From positions 1 to 37,307 of the IMG/VR virus record IMGVR_UViG_3300042808_000015: a stretch of DNA of 37,307 bases. One strand, 5' to 3'. Numbering within the stretch: the stretch's first letter is position 1; each line of letters opens with the position of its first letter. This DNA is from a virus. Its lineage: Duplodnaviria > Caudoviricetes. Of this stretch, positions 25,479 to 34,549 are shown in pieces. The translations under genes and the position numbers were made by a program. The notes below the pieces were generated by a model. That model ran no database searches. It was not told the origin of the DNA and was given only the letters and a program-made list of their open reading frames with translations.

Positions 25479-27641
25479 TTAATCAAATGTTAAATATGGA
25501 TTATAAATATATAAATATGTACCTGTTCCTCCACCACCTGTTGGATAAATAGTAATTTTCATATACATATCTTCATATCCAGATATTGGACTAAAACCAC
25601 TTGCTATGGCTGAAATAACTCCATTAGTTATTGTTACTAAATATTTTGAATATATTAAAGTGTACGCAGCACTTGAACCTTTTAATCTTCCATATAAATT
25701 AATTAAAACTTGTGGATTAGTATAATCTGTATCTATTGGTATTCCAAATTCATATATTCCATTATAATTTTCTATTTTTAATGGATAATAAATAGAAGTA
25801 TTTGATGTTATATTAGGACTTTTTCCTGTTGAAATATCAGTAAAAGTTAATCCTTTTGATTCTAAAAAATTATTTAAAACTATTATTTTTTGTTTTATTA
25901 TAAATTGTGAATATCCATAATTTATAAAATTAGATTGTTCATTAAATGTCATTTCTATAATACTATTAAAATCTAATAAATTATTACCATTAAATATTTT
26001 AACTCCTGAAACTGAACTACTTAAAGAATTTTTATTATATCTAAAACATTTAAAAGCTCTATCAAATAAAGTTGAAATACCTGTACCTTTAGAAATTGTA
26101 ATTATAGAAGTTATTGAAGCATCTAATGAATTTTCATGACCGAAATTTTCTTCAAATATTAAAGTTCCAATATATTTATAAGTTAATGGAGATGATATTT
26201 TATCAATTTTTATATTAAGTAACCCAAACAAATTTCCTTCTGAATAATTATTTTTAATTGAAATCATATCACAACTTAATGTACCTGTTCCTTGTACTAA
26301 ATCAGAACTAATATTATATCCATATAATCTATTACCTTGAATAGTATTTTCTTTAATATTAATATTATTTCCCCATAAGACTAATCCACTTGTTCCATTA
26401 TTAGATATATTACATCCATTAATATTTATTGCATTTATTTGAGATACACCTGCTTTAGCTACAAAATAAATAGCATTTCCTTTATTAAATTCTATTTCAC
26501 TATTTACAATATTAATATTGTTTACATGTCCTATTTCACCACCATGAAAACCATCTTTTCCATGTCCTCTTACAGTTATATTTTCAAAATTCCAAGATAC
26601 AGAATTATTAGAAAATACAATACCATGTCCACTTGTAGCATTTCCACCATATATGGAAGTACCATTTCCCAAAATTCCAATTTCTTTTATACTTCCACGT
26701 TCACTATTTGTATCTATTGTTATAGCATTATTAGTACTTGTATTTTTTAAGAAAGTACTAAATCTTCCATTTCCAAGTAATGAAATATAATGAGCAGGAA
26801 TAGTAATTCCTGTATGAATATATGTTCCTTTTGGAAAATATAAAGTACCACCTGTTGTTAAACTATTTAATGCAGTTTGTATAGCTATAGTATCATCAAT
26901 TATTCCATTACCTATAGCTCCAAAATCTTTTACATTTACTTGCATATTTTGTAATATATCTATATTAGTATCAATTAAATCAATTTTATCTTCTAAAGTA
27001 GCTTCGCCTTTTCTAGCTGCAGTTATTTCAATTGTATTAGCTTTACTCCCATCAGTTAAACTGTCTAAATAGTCCTGTTCTGTTCCATTATTGCCCATAT
27101 CTAACCATACATCATATGCACTTTTACCAGTTGGACCATTATGTCCAACCGAACCTCTAGGTAATTTAAATTTTAATTTATATTTATTGTTTTCTTTTAT
27201 CATTTCAACTTCTGCTTCTTCAGATGATGTTATAGTTTTAGTTTCTACTACTTCAAATTTAGGTGTTAGTCCATCAGCTCCATTAAGTCCATTCTTTCCA
27301 TCTTTACCATTCTTACCATCTATACCATTTCTACCATTAAGTCCGTCTACACCATTTCTACCATCTTTGCCATCTTTTCCATTAGTACCATTAATACCAT
27401 CTTTACCATCAATAGCTTCTGCTTTTATTCCAGTATTTTCACCCTCAAAGTACCAATATCCGTTTCTTATAGTATACATTTTAACTTTAGCTAACATTTT
27501 TTTCATATAGAAAGCTTTATCTTCATCAGGTACTTCTTCTTTATATTTTTTAAAATCTTGTTCTAATGAATTAATCTTTTTATCACTTAAATTAACTTTT
27601 TTAGCTAATTCAATCATTTTTTCAATTAACTTTTCGTTCAT
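25479..27641 (-). CDS. Fibre/spike protein: collagen-like G-X-Y segment plus pectate-lyase-like beta-helix (putative depolymerase)
   Basis: 15 GXY triplets; VNVKDFGAIGNGIIDDTIAIQTAL..LYFPKGTY; N/G/I beta-helix repeats. Confidence 0.82.
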   Translation of the reverse strand: MNEKLIEKMIELAKKVNLSDKKINSLEQDFKKYKEEVPDEDKAFYMKKMLAKVKMYTIRNGYWYFEGENTGIKAEAIDGKDGINGTNGKDGKDGRNGVDGLNGRNGIDGKNGKDGKNGLNGADGLTPKFEVVETKTITSSEEAEVEMIKENNKYKLKFKLPRGSVGHNGPTGKSAYDVWLDMGNNGTEQDYLDSLTDGSKANTIEITAARKGEATLEDKIDLIDTNIDILQNMQVNVKDFGAIGNGIIDDTIAIQTALNSLTTGGTLYFPKGTYIHTGITIPAHYISLLGNGRFSTFLKNTSTNNAITIDTNSERGSIKEIGILGNGTSIYGGNATSGHGIVFSNNSVSWNFENITVRGHGKDGFHGGEIGHVNNINIVNSEIEFNKGNAIYFVAKAGVSQINAININGCNISNNGTSGLVLWGNNINIKENTIQGNRLYGYNISSDLVQGTGTLSCDMISIKNNYSEGNLFGLLNIKIDKISSPLTYKYIGTLIFEENFGHENSLDASITSIITISKGTGISTLFDRAFKCFRYNKNSLSSSVSGVKIFNGNNLLDFNSIIEMTFNEQSNFINYGYSQFIIKQKIIVLNNFLESKGLTFTDISTGKSPNITSNTSIYYPLKIENYNGIYEFGIPIDTDYTNPQVLINLYGRLKGSSAAYTLIYSKYLVTITNGVISAIASGFSPISGYEDMYMKITIYPTGGGGTGTYLYIYNPYLTFD
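27273..27407 (-). repeat. 9-bp period repeat encoding a collagen-like GXY x15
   Basis: GKD GIN GTN GKD GKD GRN GVD GLN GRN GID GKN GKD GKN GLN GAD. Confidence 0.9.
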
Positions 27642-27642
27642 A

Positions 27643-29439
27643 TTAGCCTCCCATCTCTAAACCAAGTTCAGCAAGTTTATTTTCTTCGTTTATATTATTT
27701 TGTGGTTGTTGCATCATCATTGTAACTTCTTCTTCCATTTGAGCATCAGGTAAACTTTTTAATCTATTTTGTTCTTCGATTGGAAGCGTTTCAATAAACT
27801 GTGCCATATTCTCATACTCTTTTAGTTTTTCTTTTGGTAATATACCCATTCTTTGTTTTAGTTCTTCAATTAAACTATCACTATCAGGTATTAAGTTTTT
27901 AGGTATTCTTTCTAAATATTGTACAAAGTCTATTTTCTCACTCATAAGTAAGTTATCTAATGTTTGTAATGAAGCTACTTCACTATAATAAGCACTTGAA
28001 CCTACATCAGCACGTACATTCAACCATTGGTCTTTTAATGTGCTAAAATCAAAATCTTTACTTATTTTGTTTCCGTCTTTATCTTCAATTAATACAGTTC
28101 TTTTACCGTATTTAGTTCCTATTATATCTAATAGTATTCTTCCTACATCTTCTACAAATTCATATAGATTAGATTTAATATTTTCTAAAGGTACTACTGA
28201 ACTTTTTTGTACTGCTATTATTGCACTTGTATTCTTAGGGTCTACTGAACCAATTGCAGCATCTGATACACCAACACTTTCCTTAGTATATTTTATAGCC
28301 ATATCAATTGCATTTATTATTTGACCACTCATGCTTGCAGGTTCTAGGTATCCAGCTACATTCCTTATACTATCTCCAGTTTCCATATCAGTTAGTTCTA
28401 TTTGAGCGCCTATTTCAGAACTCCAACCACTTACTTTATCTGCATTATATATTGCAGTAGGAAATGATGTTAACATTAAATGATATATTACCATTGCAAA
28501 CATCTTGTTAATACTTATTTGATTAGGTATCATATCTATTACTATACCTTTTCCATGATATTGAGATTTTTGTTTTTCCCAATTCAACCATGCAATAGGG
28601 TAATATTCATAACCTGTGTCTATATCTTGATATATAAATCCTTTTTTAACTGACTTACTGCAAAATACGTGAGTAACTTCTTCTTCTACTTCTTCATTCA
28701 TTCCAGTTACTTCGTTAAATTTATTTACTTTAGTTTTAATTTTCTTTTTATAATATTTAAGTATATATAAAGCTTTACCATAGTCATCTGTTTCTACTTC
28801 AATCTTACCATTATCATCTGGCATATATTCGTAGTCTGTGTCTGTATCTACCTCTGTGCTTTCTTTGTATTCTTTCGCTTCTTCTTGTAAGTTCTTTGCT
28901 ATATCTCTACCTGTTATTATTATATAAGGTTGAGCTTCTACATTAGAATTATTAGCATTACCAAACATTACATTTGAACCATCTACTATTTCACTTACAA
29001 TTTGACCTTTACCTTTATATACTTTCTTATTAGGATCAAAGTAAAAATGCAAACATGCATCTCCAGTTATTCCAGCATCAAAAAGTAATTCTCTTGTTCT
29101 ATTCTCTATCTTCATTTTTTCAAGTATATTCTTAACTTCTGCATTAATCATTTCAACAGTTTCGTCTTCTTCTTCTGAATACTCTAACTTCTCAAAGTTT
29201 ATTGCTATGTTAGTGCTTGTTATACTTGCTATAAAAAACGATAATGTTCTTTTAATAAAATTAAATACTGGTTTAGGTAAATCTTCTCCAAGCACATTAC
29301 GCCATTGATTACCTCCATAGAAAGCTAAACATGAATCTACCATATCATAGTAACTAATATCATTAACTCCAACTATAGTTTGGTTATATTGCTTACCTGC
29401 TTCGTATAAAGCCCAGTCTTTTGTTACTTTATCTTCCAT
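27643..29439 (-). CDS. Portal protein (P22-like)
   Basis: FYGGNQW..PKPVFNFIK, NQISINK, TSAIIAVQ; after TerL. Confidence 0.85.
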   Translation of the reverse strand: MEDKVTKDWALYEAGKQYNQTIVGVNDISYYDMVDSCLAFYGGNQWRNVLGEDLPKPVFNFIKRTLSFFIASITSTNIAINFEKLEYSEEEDETVEMINAEVKNILEKMKIENRTRELLFDAGITGDACLHFYFDPNKKVYKGKGQIVSEIVDGSNVMFGNANNSNVEAQPYIIITGRDIAKNLQEEAKEYKESTEVDTDTDYEYMPDDNGKIEVETDDYGKALYILKYYKKKIKTKVNKFNEVTGMNEEVEEEVTHVFCSKSVKKGFIYQDIDTGYEYYPIAWLNWEKQKSQYHGKGIVIDMIPNQISINKMFAMVIYHLMLTSFPTAIYNADKVSGWSSEIGAQIELTDMETGDSIRNVAGYLEPASMSGQIINAIDMAIKYTKESVGVSDAAIGSVDPKNTSAIIAVQKSSVVPLENIKSNLYEFVEDVGRILLDIIGTKYGKRTVLIEDKDGNKISKDFDFSTLKDQWLNVRADVGSSAYYSEVASLQTLDNLLMSEKIDFVQYLERIPKNLIPDSDSLIEELKQRMGILPKEKLKEYENMAQFIETLPIEEQNRLKSLPDAQMEEEVTMMMQQPQNNINEENKLAELGLEMGG

Positions 29440-29587
29440 TAGTGCCTCCTTTTATAGAATTCTTTAAAGAGTAATGCATTAAATCATTAAATTGTTTTTC
29501 TAAACTCTTTTTCTTTTCTATTATTTCCAAGTCTTCTTTTTTCTTTTCTTTAATATATCCAAATCTTTTAAGTATCTTATCTAACAT
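29429..29587 (-). CDS. 52-aa hypothetical protein between TerL and portal (not in ORF track)
   Basis: GGAGG RBS; MLDKILKRFGYIKEKKKED..KQFNDLMHYS. Confidence 0.7.
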   Translation of the reverse strand: MLDKILKRFGYIKEKKKEDLEIIEKKKSLEKQFNDLMHYSLKNSIKGGTNGR

Positions 29588-29588
29588 A

Positions 29589-30974
29589 TTAACCTCCATA
29601 GTTTATAAAACTTCTACTAGCACTCTTACCTGCTAATCCTTTTATTTTATCTCTGTATTTATTCTTAGCTTTGTTAATCTCATACAACTCATCTTCATTT
29701 ACTGTCTTTGTAGGATGTGTTCTTTCTATACAAAATCCTCTTAATGCATCGTTTATGTGTGTTAGTTCATGTGGTGTGTTAGATACATCATTTGGATTAC
29801 GTTCATCATGTTGTAATTGTGGTAATGTTCTTATTAAGTTAGTACAGTTACTAAATATCTTTAATTTAGATGTTTCTATCTCTTTACCAGTTTGTTCATC
29901 TCTGCTTTGTTCTATCTTTAGGTGTTCTTTGACTGCATACCAGCCCATAACACGATTATTATTACTTTTGTGTAAAACTACACCATTCTTTCTAAATATG
30001 TCTTCTGCACTATCTCCAGTCTCTTGTCTTCTGTTCCATAAATCAGGTGGTGCATATCTTTTCTTTATCTTATCTGTGTCTGTTACTTCTAATATTCTAG
30101 CAGCTGCTTCTGATATTATCAAATCATTTTGATATAGTTCTTTATATACATAAGCTCTGTCTTGTTCATCTATTGCTATCCAAAGGCAAGCTAACATATC
30201 AAGTCCATAATCAAGTGCTATATATCTATTCCAATGTTCTGGTATTACACAAGGTTGTATAACATGTACATCTCTTTTAAATTCTGTAAAGTATTGTCCT
30301 TCAAAACAATCCCAGTCACCATATAACATAGCTTTTTTTCTATCTTCTGGCAAGTTCTCTAATGTTTTAACATATCCAGGGTCATTACTCATTATAAAAT
30401 CGTTGTCATATACTAAAGACTTAATAAATGTATAATCTTTAGGATCTTCTGTTTCTTTATAGTCTCTATCAATGAATATTCTTTTAACCCAAACATGTCC
30501 AACTCCTCCAGGATTACATGTAAAGTACATTCTTGGTGTTTTAAATGTATCACATTGACCACTAAGCCTATTACATTCTGTTAGACATTGAAATTGAAAC
30601 TCTGTAAACTGTGTTGCTTCTTCTAATATTATAACATCATATGATTGACCTTGATATTGTAATACATCTTTTTCAGTATCACAGTAACCTAAAACTATTC
30701 TACTTCCATTTGGAAATATAAACTCTTTCGAAGTATCTCTGTATTCTGCTATTCCTTTTAATTGTTTTATAAGTGGCAATACATGATTTTCTCTTAGTTC
30801 TTTTAAAGTTCTTCTAAGTAGTATTATTTGTATGCCTGGATAATTAAGTGCTAATAAGTTAGCTTTAACTCTACTTGCATAACTCTTACCTCCGCCTCTC
30901 GCACCACCATAACCAATATATTTAGTTGTAGCCATACAAAACTGTTTTTGTTTAGGATATAAACTTATTTTCAT
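29589..30974 (-). CDS. terL: Terminase large subunit
   Basis: YGGARGGGKS Walker A, IILEEA Walker B, TCNPGG, ALDYG, HINDALR. Confidence 0.95.
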   Translation of the reverse strand: MKISLYPKQKQFCMATTKYIGYGGARGGGKSYASRVKANLLALNYPGIQIILLRRTLKELRENHVLPLIKQLKGIAEYRDTSKEFIFPNGSRIVLGYCDTEKDVLQYQGQSYDVIILEEATQFTEFQFQCLTECNRLSGQCDTFKTPRMYFTCNPGGVGHVWVKRIFIDRDYKETEDPKDYTFIKSLVYDNDFIMSNDPGYVKTLENLPEDRKKAMLYGDWDCFEGQYFTEFKRDVHVIQPCVIPEHWNRYIALDYGLDMLACLWIAIDEQDRAYVYKELYQNDLIISEAAARILEVTDTDKIKKRYAPPDLWNRRQETGDSAEDIFRKNGVVLHKSNNNRVMGWYAVKEHLKIEQSRDEQTGKEIETSKLKIFSNCTNLIRTLPQLQHDERNPNDVSNTPHELTHINDALRGFCIERTHPTKTVNEDELYEINKAKNKYRDKIKGLAGKSASRSFINYGG

Positions 30975-31032
30975 ATAACTCCTTTATCCAGTCGGTGGGA
31001 GAAGTTGACTAAACGTTGATATGTAGCCATTC

Positions 31033-31407
31033 TTATTTTGACAATTCTTTAACTTCATCCGACATTTCTACTATAATCTTAGCATTCATATCAACTTCTT
31101 GCTTTTCTGTGAATAGTTTTAGATGTTTTCCAAGTAATTCGTAACCTTTTAATTTACTATTTTCTTGTGTGCTATTAGCTATTACATCCTTTATTCCATT
31201 AAGCACCCATTCAGCTGTTATTTCTGTTTTATTAGCTCTTTTATCCATCCCTTTTTGCATAGATTCCTTAATCTTAACATTTCTTAACAATCTACTTGCT
31301 TGTTCTGCTGCAGTATCTTCACTATATCCAGCCCTTATCGCAGCTTGTGTTGCATTCAAGTCTATTAAGTACTCTTTTACAAACATACTTTGTTTAGGTG
31401 TTAGCAT
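31033..31407 (-). CDS. terS: Terminase small subunit
   Basis: LTPKQSMFVKEYLIDLNATQAAIRAGYS..ELLGKHLKLF. Confidence 0.95.
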   Translation of the reverse strand: MLTPKQSMFVKEYLIDLNATQAAIRAGYSEDTAAEQASRLLRNVKIKESMQKGMDKRANKTEITAEWVLNGIKDVIANSTQENSKLKGYELLGKHLKLFTEKQEVDMNAKIIVEMSDEVKELSK

Positions 31408-31411
31408 TATA

Positions 31412-31510
31412 TCACTTCCTTAAATCTCTATTATGATACTTCTTACAATATCTTTTACATTGCATTATTGTTATTTTATCTTTTAAATATCCTAGTATCT
31501 TATCTATCAT
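31412..31510 (-). CDS. 32-aa peptide (start 31510 preferred over 31648)
   Basis: AGGAGGTG RBS; MIDKILGYLKDKITIMQCKRYCKKYHNRDLRK. Confidence 0.55.
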   Translation of the reverse strand: MIDKILGYLKDKITIMQCKRYCKKYHNRDLRK

Positions 31511-31658
31511 CTTTATCACACCTCCTATTGCAACTACTGCAATTTTGAGTACAACATTCAAATATACTAATATATCTTTCGCATTTCTTTGTTTCAATTG
31601 ATAATGTACATTCTCTATGTTTAAAATCATAGTATATACAATGTTCACAATTTTTCAT
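31500..31658 (-). CDS. 52-aa Cys-rich peptide (not in ORF track)
   Basis: AAGGA RBS; MKNCEHCIYY..C..C..CCTQNCSSCNRRC. Confidence 0.65.
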   Translation of the reverse strand: MKNCEHCIYYDFKHRECTLSIETKKCERYISIFECCTQNCSSCNRRCDKDDR

Positions 31659-31725
31659 ATTTATTTTCCTTTGTTTATATATAAAATAGATTACTCTATT
31701 AGCTTACAATAGGGCATATAGCCCT

Positions 31726-31905
31726 TTAATTTTGTTCAACATACTCTAACAACATAATTATATGAAATAGACGACTGTCGATTATTGGAATGAATAATTT
31801 ACCGTAAAGCTTCTCTCCACATTCTTCACAAATGAAGATTTTACTTCCATCACACAAATAATATTCGTACTTTTGTTCGTGTTGTTCACATAAATTACAT
31901 CGCAT
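31726..31905 (-). CDS. 59-aa zinc-ribbon-like peptide (not in ORF track)
   Basis: AGGAG RBS; MRCNLC..ICEECGE. Confidence 0.65.
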   Translation of the reverse strand: MRCNLCEQHEQKYEYYLCDGSKIFICEECGEKLYGKLFIPIIDSRLFHIIMLLEYVEQN

Positions 31906-31950
31906 TTTAGTTCTCCTAAAAAATTATTTATAGAAGTTTAGTTTTCTATA

Positions 31951-31995
31951 TGGTGTAGATTAACAGAATTGAACTGTTATAATACCAATATCTAC
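31951..31995 (-). ncRNA. tRNA-like minihelix (acceptor stem + T-arm + ACCA; no D or anticodon arm)
   Basis: GTAGATA-TTGGTATTAT-AACAG-TTCAATT-CTGTT-AATCTAC-A-CCA. Confidence 0.6.
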
Positions 31996-31997
31996 AT

Positions 31998-32028
31998 AAA
32001 AAAGCACCATATTTTTATTATATGATGC
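31998..32028 (-). terminator. Intrinsic terminator downstream of the putative late promoter
   Basis: GCATCATAT-AATAAAA-ATATGGTGC-TTTTTT. Confidence 0.75.
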
Positions 32029-32088
32029 CGAGCTAATCAAAATAACTGATTGTGTTAGTTAATTTCCTGTCAGTTATTACTTATACTT

Positions 32089-32116
32089 ATTATATCACAA
32101 TGAAGTCAAGTGTCAA
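32089..32116 (-). promoter_or_regulatory. Putative late promoter
   Basis: TTGACA(32116-32111)-N16-TATAAT(32094-32089) with TGn extension; second TTGACA 22 bp upstream. Confidence 0.65.
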
Positions 32117-32144
32117 CACTTTTAGTTAAATTTGTCAATTTTTA

Positions 32145-32387
32145 TTAAAAAATTAATGTTATTAATAAAACTACTAAAAATAAAGTTACTAATACTATTA
32201 ATTCTCTTATAGCTTTTTCTAATTTATCTATTTTTGTTTCTAAATTTTCAATTTTATATTTTATAGAATCTAGTTTTTGTTTATTTGTTAATTTTATTTC
32301 TTTTTCTGAAAAGTTTGTCATTGTTATGTCTAATCCTTCTTCTATATCTTTATATTCTTGTAATTCTTCATTATACTCGTTTGCCAT
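32145..32387 (-). CDS. Coiled-coil protein with a C-terminal TM anchor
   Basis: GGAGG RBS; hydrophobic C-terminus. Confidence 0.7.
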   Translation of the reverse strand: MANEYNEELQEYKDIEEGLDITMTNFSEKEIKLTNKQKLDSIKYKIENLETKIDKLEKAIRELIVLVTLFLVVLLITLIF

Positions 32388-32390
32388 AGT

Positions 32391-32588
32391 TTAATCCTCC
32401 ATTTCTTCACTTAAAAAATGAATTATAGGTATTATAACAGTATGATTTTCTTCAACACAATAAGCTATATCAGATTTTAATCCATATTTTAATTCATATT
32501 GTATATAGTTTTTAACTTTATCTAATTGCTTTTTATTTTTTTCTATTTCTTTATATTCTTCTTCACTTAAAATAATTACTTTCTTCAT
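32391..32588 (-). CDS. Hypothetical protein
   Basis: AGGAG RBS. Confidence 0.7.
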   Translation of the reverse strand: MKKVIILSEEEYKEIEKNKKQLDKVKNYIQYELKYGLKSDIAYCVEENHTVIIPIIHFLSEEMED

Positions 32589-32658
32589 TTTTAATTCTCC
32601 TATCCTAATACTTTAATTAAAAAACTAGCTATAACTATTATAATACTTTTTCACGTTA

Positions 32659-32916
32659 TCACTCCAATCCTTTTAATCCTTTTTTAGCATAAACAACTAA
32701 TTCATCAATTAGCTCTTTTAAGTTTTCAGCTTTATTATATCCATCGTAGTCATAAGCTAAATCAATTATCATCTGAAAATTACTTTTCATATTAATTAAT
32801 TCTTGTAATACTGTTTCGATTGCTATTTTTAATTTTTTATTATTATTGTCTAAAGGGTGTTTTGTTGTAAATAACCAATCATGTTTTATTACTTCTATTG
32901 CTTCTTCTTTACTAAT
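32659..32916 (-). CDS. 85-aa hypothetical protein with apparent ATT start (not in ORF track)
   Basis: AGGAG 9 nt upstream; in-frame TAA just before ATT; ISKEEAIEVIK..AIETVLQEL..DYDGY..LKELIDEL. Confidence 0.65.
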   Translation of the reverse strand: MSKEEAIEVIKHDWLFTTKHPLDNNNKKLKIAIETVLQELINMKSNFQMIIDLAYDYDGYNKAENLKELIDELVVYAKKGLKGLE

Positions 32917-32930
32917 TTAACTCAACTCCT

Positions 32931-33125
32931 TTATTCATGTAATAAAAATGTTCTACTTTTTTTATTCAAACAAGTTTCTAGTTTCATACCATCTTTAAAT
33001 TCAAATATTCTCCATTTATAATTATCTTTTGCATCATTATTTTCAATTTCGAATAAAGCTTGATTTATATATTTTACTATTTCACTATTTTTTAAATTTG
33101 TTTTATTGTGTATTATTAGTTTCAT
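32931..33125 (-). CDS. Hypothetical protein
   Basis: Operon packing, GGAGG RBS. Confidence 0.7.
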   Translation of the reverse strand: MKLIIHNKTNLKNSEIVKYINQALFEIENNDAKDNYKWRIFEFKDGMKLETCLNKKSRTFLLHE

Positions 33126-33329
33126 CTAACTCATCTCCTCCACAACTTCTTTTATATTTTTCAACAAACATTTTCCACAAATATCTTCTAAATCATGTGC
33201 ATTTATACAAGTTCCATTTTCATTATATTTTGCTTTCTTATTCCACTTACAGGTTTTATATCTTTCACTATCTACACATTCAATTTCTAGATTTTTTAGT
33301 AGTATTAATGTGATCTCTTTATATTTCAT
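33126..33329 (-). CDS. Cys-containing hypothetical protein
   Basis: Operon packing; C..C..C..CGKC. Confidence 0.7.
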   Translation of the reverse strand: MKYKEITLILLKNLEIECVDSERYKTCKWNKKAKYNENGTCINAHDLEDICGKCLLKNIKEVVEEMS

Positions 33330-33330
33330 A

Positions 33331-33678
33331 CTACACCTTCTCTACTAAATCAGCTTTTATTAAGTCATATATTGTATCCACTCTTTCATCAAAATGGTCA
33401 TCTAAAAACTCATATCCGCCACAACCTGTATAACTTAATTTTTCAAATATTCTTTTATCTATTTTTTTAATTGTATTTCTATAACCAAAATTAAAAATAT
33501 TTTTATGTTTAGGATAATTTATATCTTTATCTAAACAATATATTTCAAATCTAGTTCCACTTGCTTGATATCTTCCTTTTGTAGCTTTTTTTAATTTACC
33601 TGTATTTTCATCATAATGCATTATAAATCCGAATTTTTCTAATTCTTTTAACTCTACATTATCTTTTAATTTCAACAT
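33331..33678 (-). CDS. Hypothetical phage protein
   Basis: MLKLKDNVELKELEKFGF..IYDLIKADLVEKV. Confidence 0.75.
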   Translation of the reverse strand: MLKLKDNVELKELEKFGFIMHYDENTGKLKKATKGRYQASGTRFEIYCLDKDINYPKHKNIFNFGYRNTIKKIDKRIFEKLSYTGCGGYEFLDDHFDERVDTIYDLIKADLVEKV

Positions 33679-33681
33679 ATC

Positions 33682-34086
33682 CTACACCTCTACTTTATAA
33701 CTATATTGTTCTATTCGTTCTTTTGTTAGTATTGTTTTGATTTGAGTATCTAATATATAATCAGCTTCTAAATTATATCCAATTATTTGATAGCATTCTG
33801 TTTCTAAATCAGTTATTGAAGCTCCGTCAAAACATTCTAAATATATTTTATTTTCTTCAATTTTAACTACTGGGTAACCATTTACCAAATCATCTTCTTT
33901 TATTAAATCTAATATACTTTTACTTGATTTTAAAATATTATTATTATCCATATATTGATTATATCCAGTAGGACTATCCAATATTATTAATCCACCTTTA
34001 TTATAAGTTTCATTATATTTTATATCTATTATTTTAGCTATGTATCCTTGTTGTGTTCTTAAATAATCTCCTATTTCCATTTTCAC
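33682..34086 (-). CDS. Hypothetical phage protein
   Basis: IGDYLRT..GYIAKI..ILDLIKEDDLVNG..IKTILTKE. Confidence 0.75.
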   Translation of the reverse strand: MKMEIGDYLRTQQGYIAKIIDIKYNETYNKGGLIILDSPTGYNQYMDNNNILKSSKSILDLIKEDDLVNGYPVVKIEENKIYLECFDGASITDLETECYQIIGYNLEADYILDTQIKTILTKERIEQYSYKVEV

Positions 34087-34547
34087 ACCTCAATCCCAAA
34101 TTCATATAGTAATATTTCTTTCTCGTATTTATCTATAAACTCTTGTGCTTGTTCTTGTGTTTTAAAATATATTTTAGTCATATCTCTATAAGAAACTTCA
34201 CTATCAGTTATTAATTTTTCGCTATAATAACTATAATATATATAGTATTTATCAATACATTCATGTTCCCATTCTCTATTACTGAACTCATAACTATATT
34301 CATCTCTTGCATTTAAGTAGTTTCTATATGCTGTTACTTCTTCATGAGTTTTGAATACTTTGTTGTATTTCATTAAATTTCCATCAAACTCATCGTTATT
34401 TATATAGCTATCTATACTTCTATCTAAAGCTAAAAAGTAATATTTTTCATCATGTTCTGGAATCCATTTATCTTTTTTATTACTTTTTAATTTCTCTATT
34501 TCTTCGCCCATTTCTTTATATTTTATTTCTAATTCTTTTAAATTCAT
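34083..34547 (-). CDS. Hypothetical phage protein
   Basis: GGAGG RBS; WIPE..YYF..IYFKTQEQAQEFI. Confidence 0.75.
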   Translation of the reverse strand: MNLKELEIKYKEMGEEIEKLKSNKKDKWIPEHDEKYYFLALDRSIDSYINNDEFDGNLMKYNKVFKTHEEVTAYRNYLNARDEYSYEFSNREWEHECIDKYYIYYSYYSEKLITDSEVSYRDMTKIYFKTQEQAQEFIDKYEKEILLYEFGIEV

Positions 34548-34549
34548 TT

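Noticed and set aside
29429-29587. Suspected frameshift in the A-rich ORF between terL and portal
   Set aside because: Careful translation gives one continuous 52-aa ORF.
30975-31032. GC-enriched gap between terS and terL as a possible pac site or hairpin
   Set aside because: No convincing stem or repeat; cannot be supported from sequence alone.
31951-31995. Annotation as a canonical tRNA gene
   Set aside because: No D arm or anticodon arm; kept only as a tRNA-like element.
32601-32654. Tiny GTG ORF that would become a 17-aa hydrophobic peptide with a +1 shift
   Set aside because: Too short to distinguish from chance or decay; no CGG involved.
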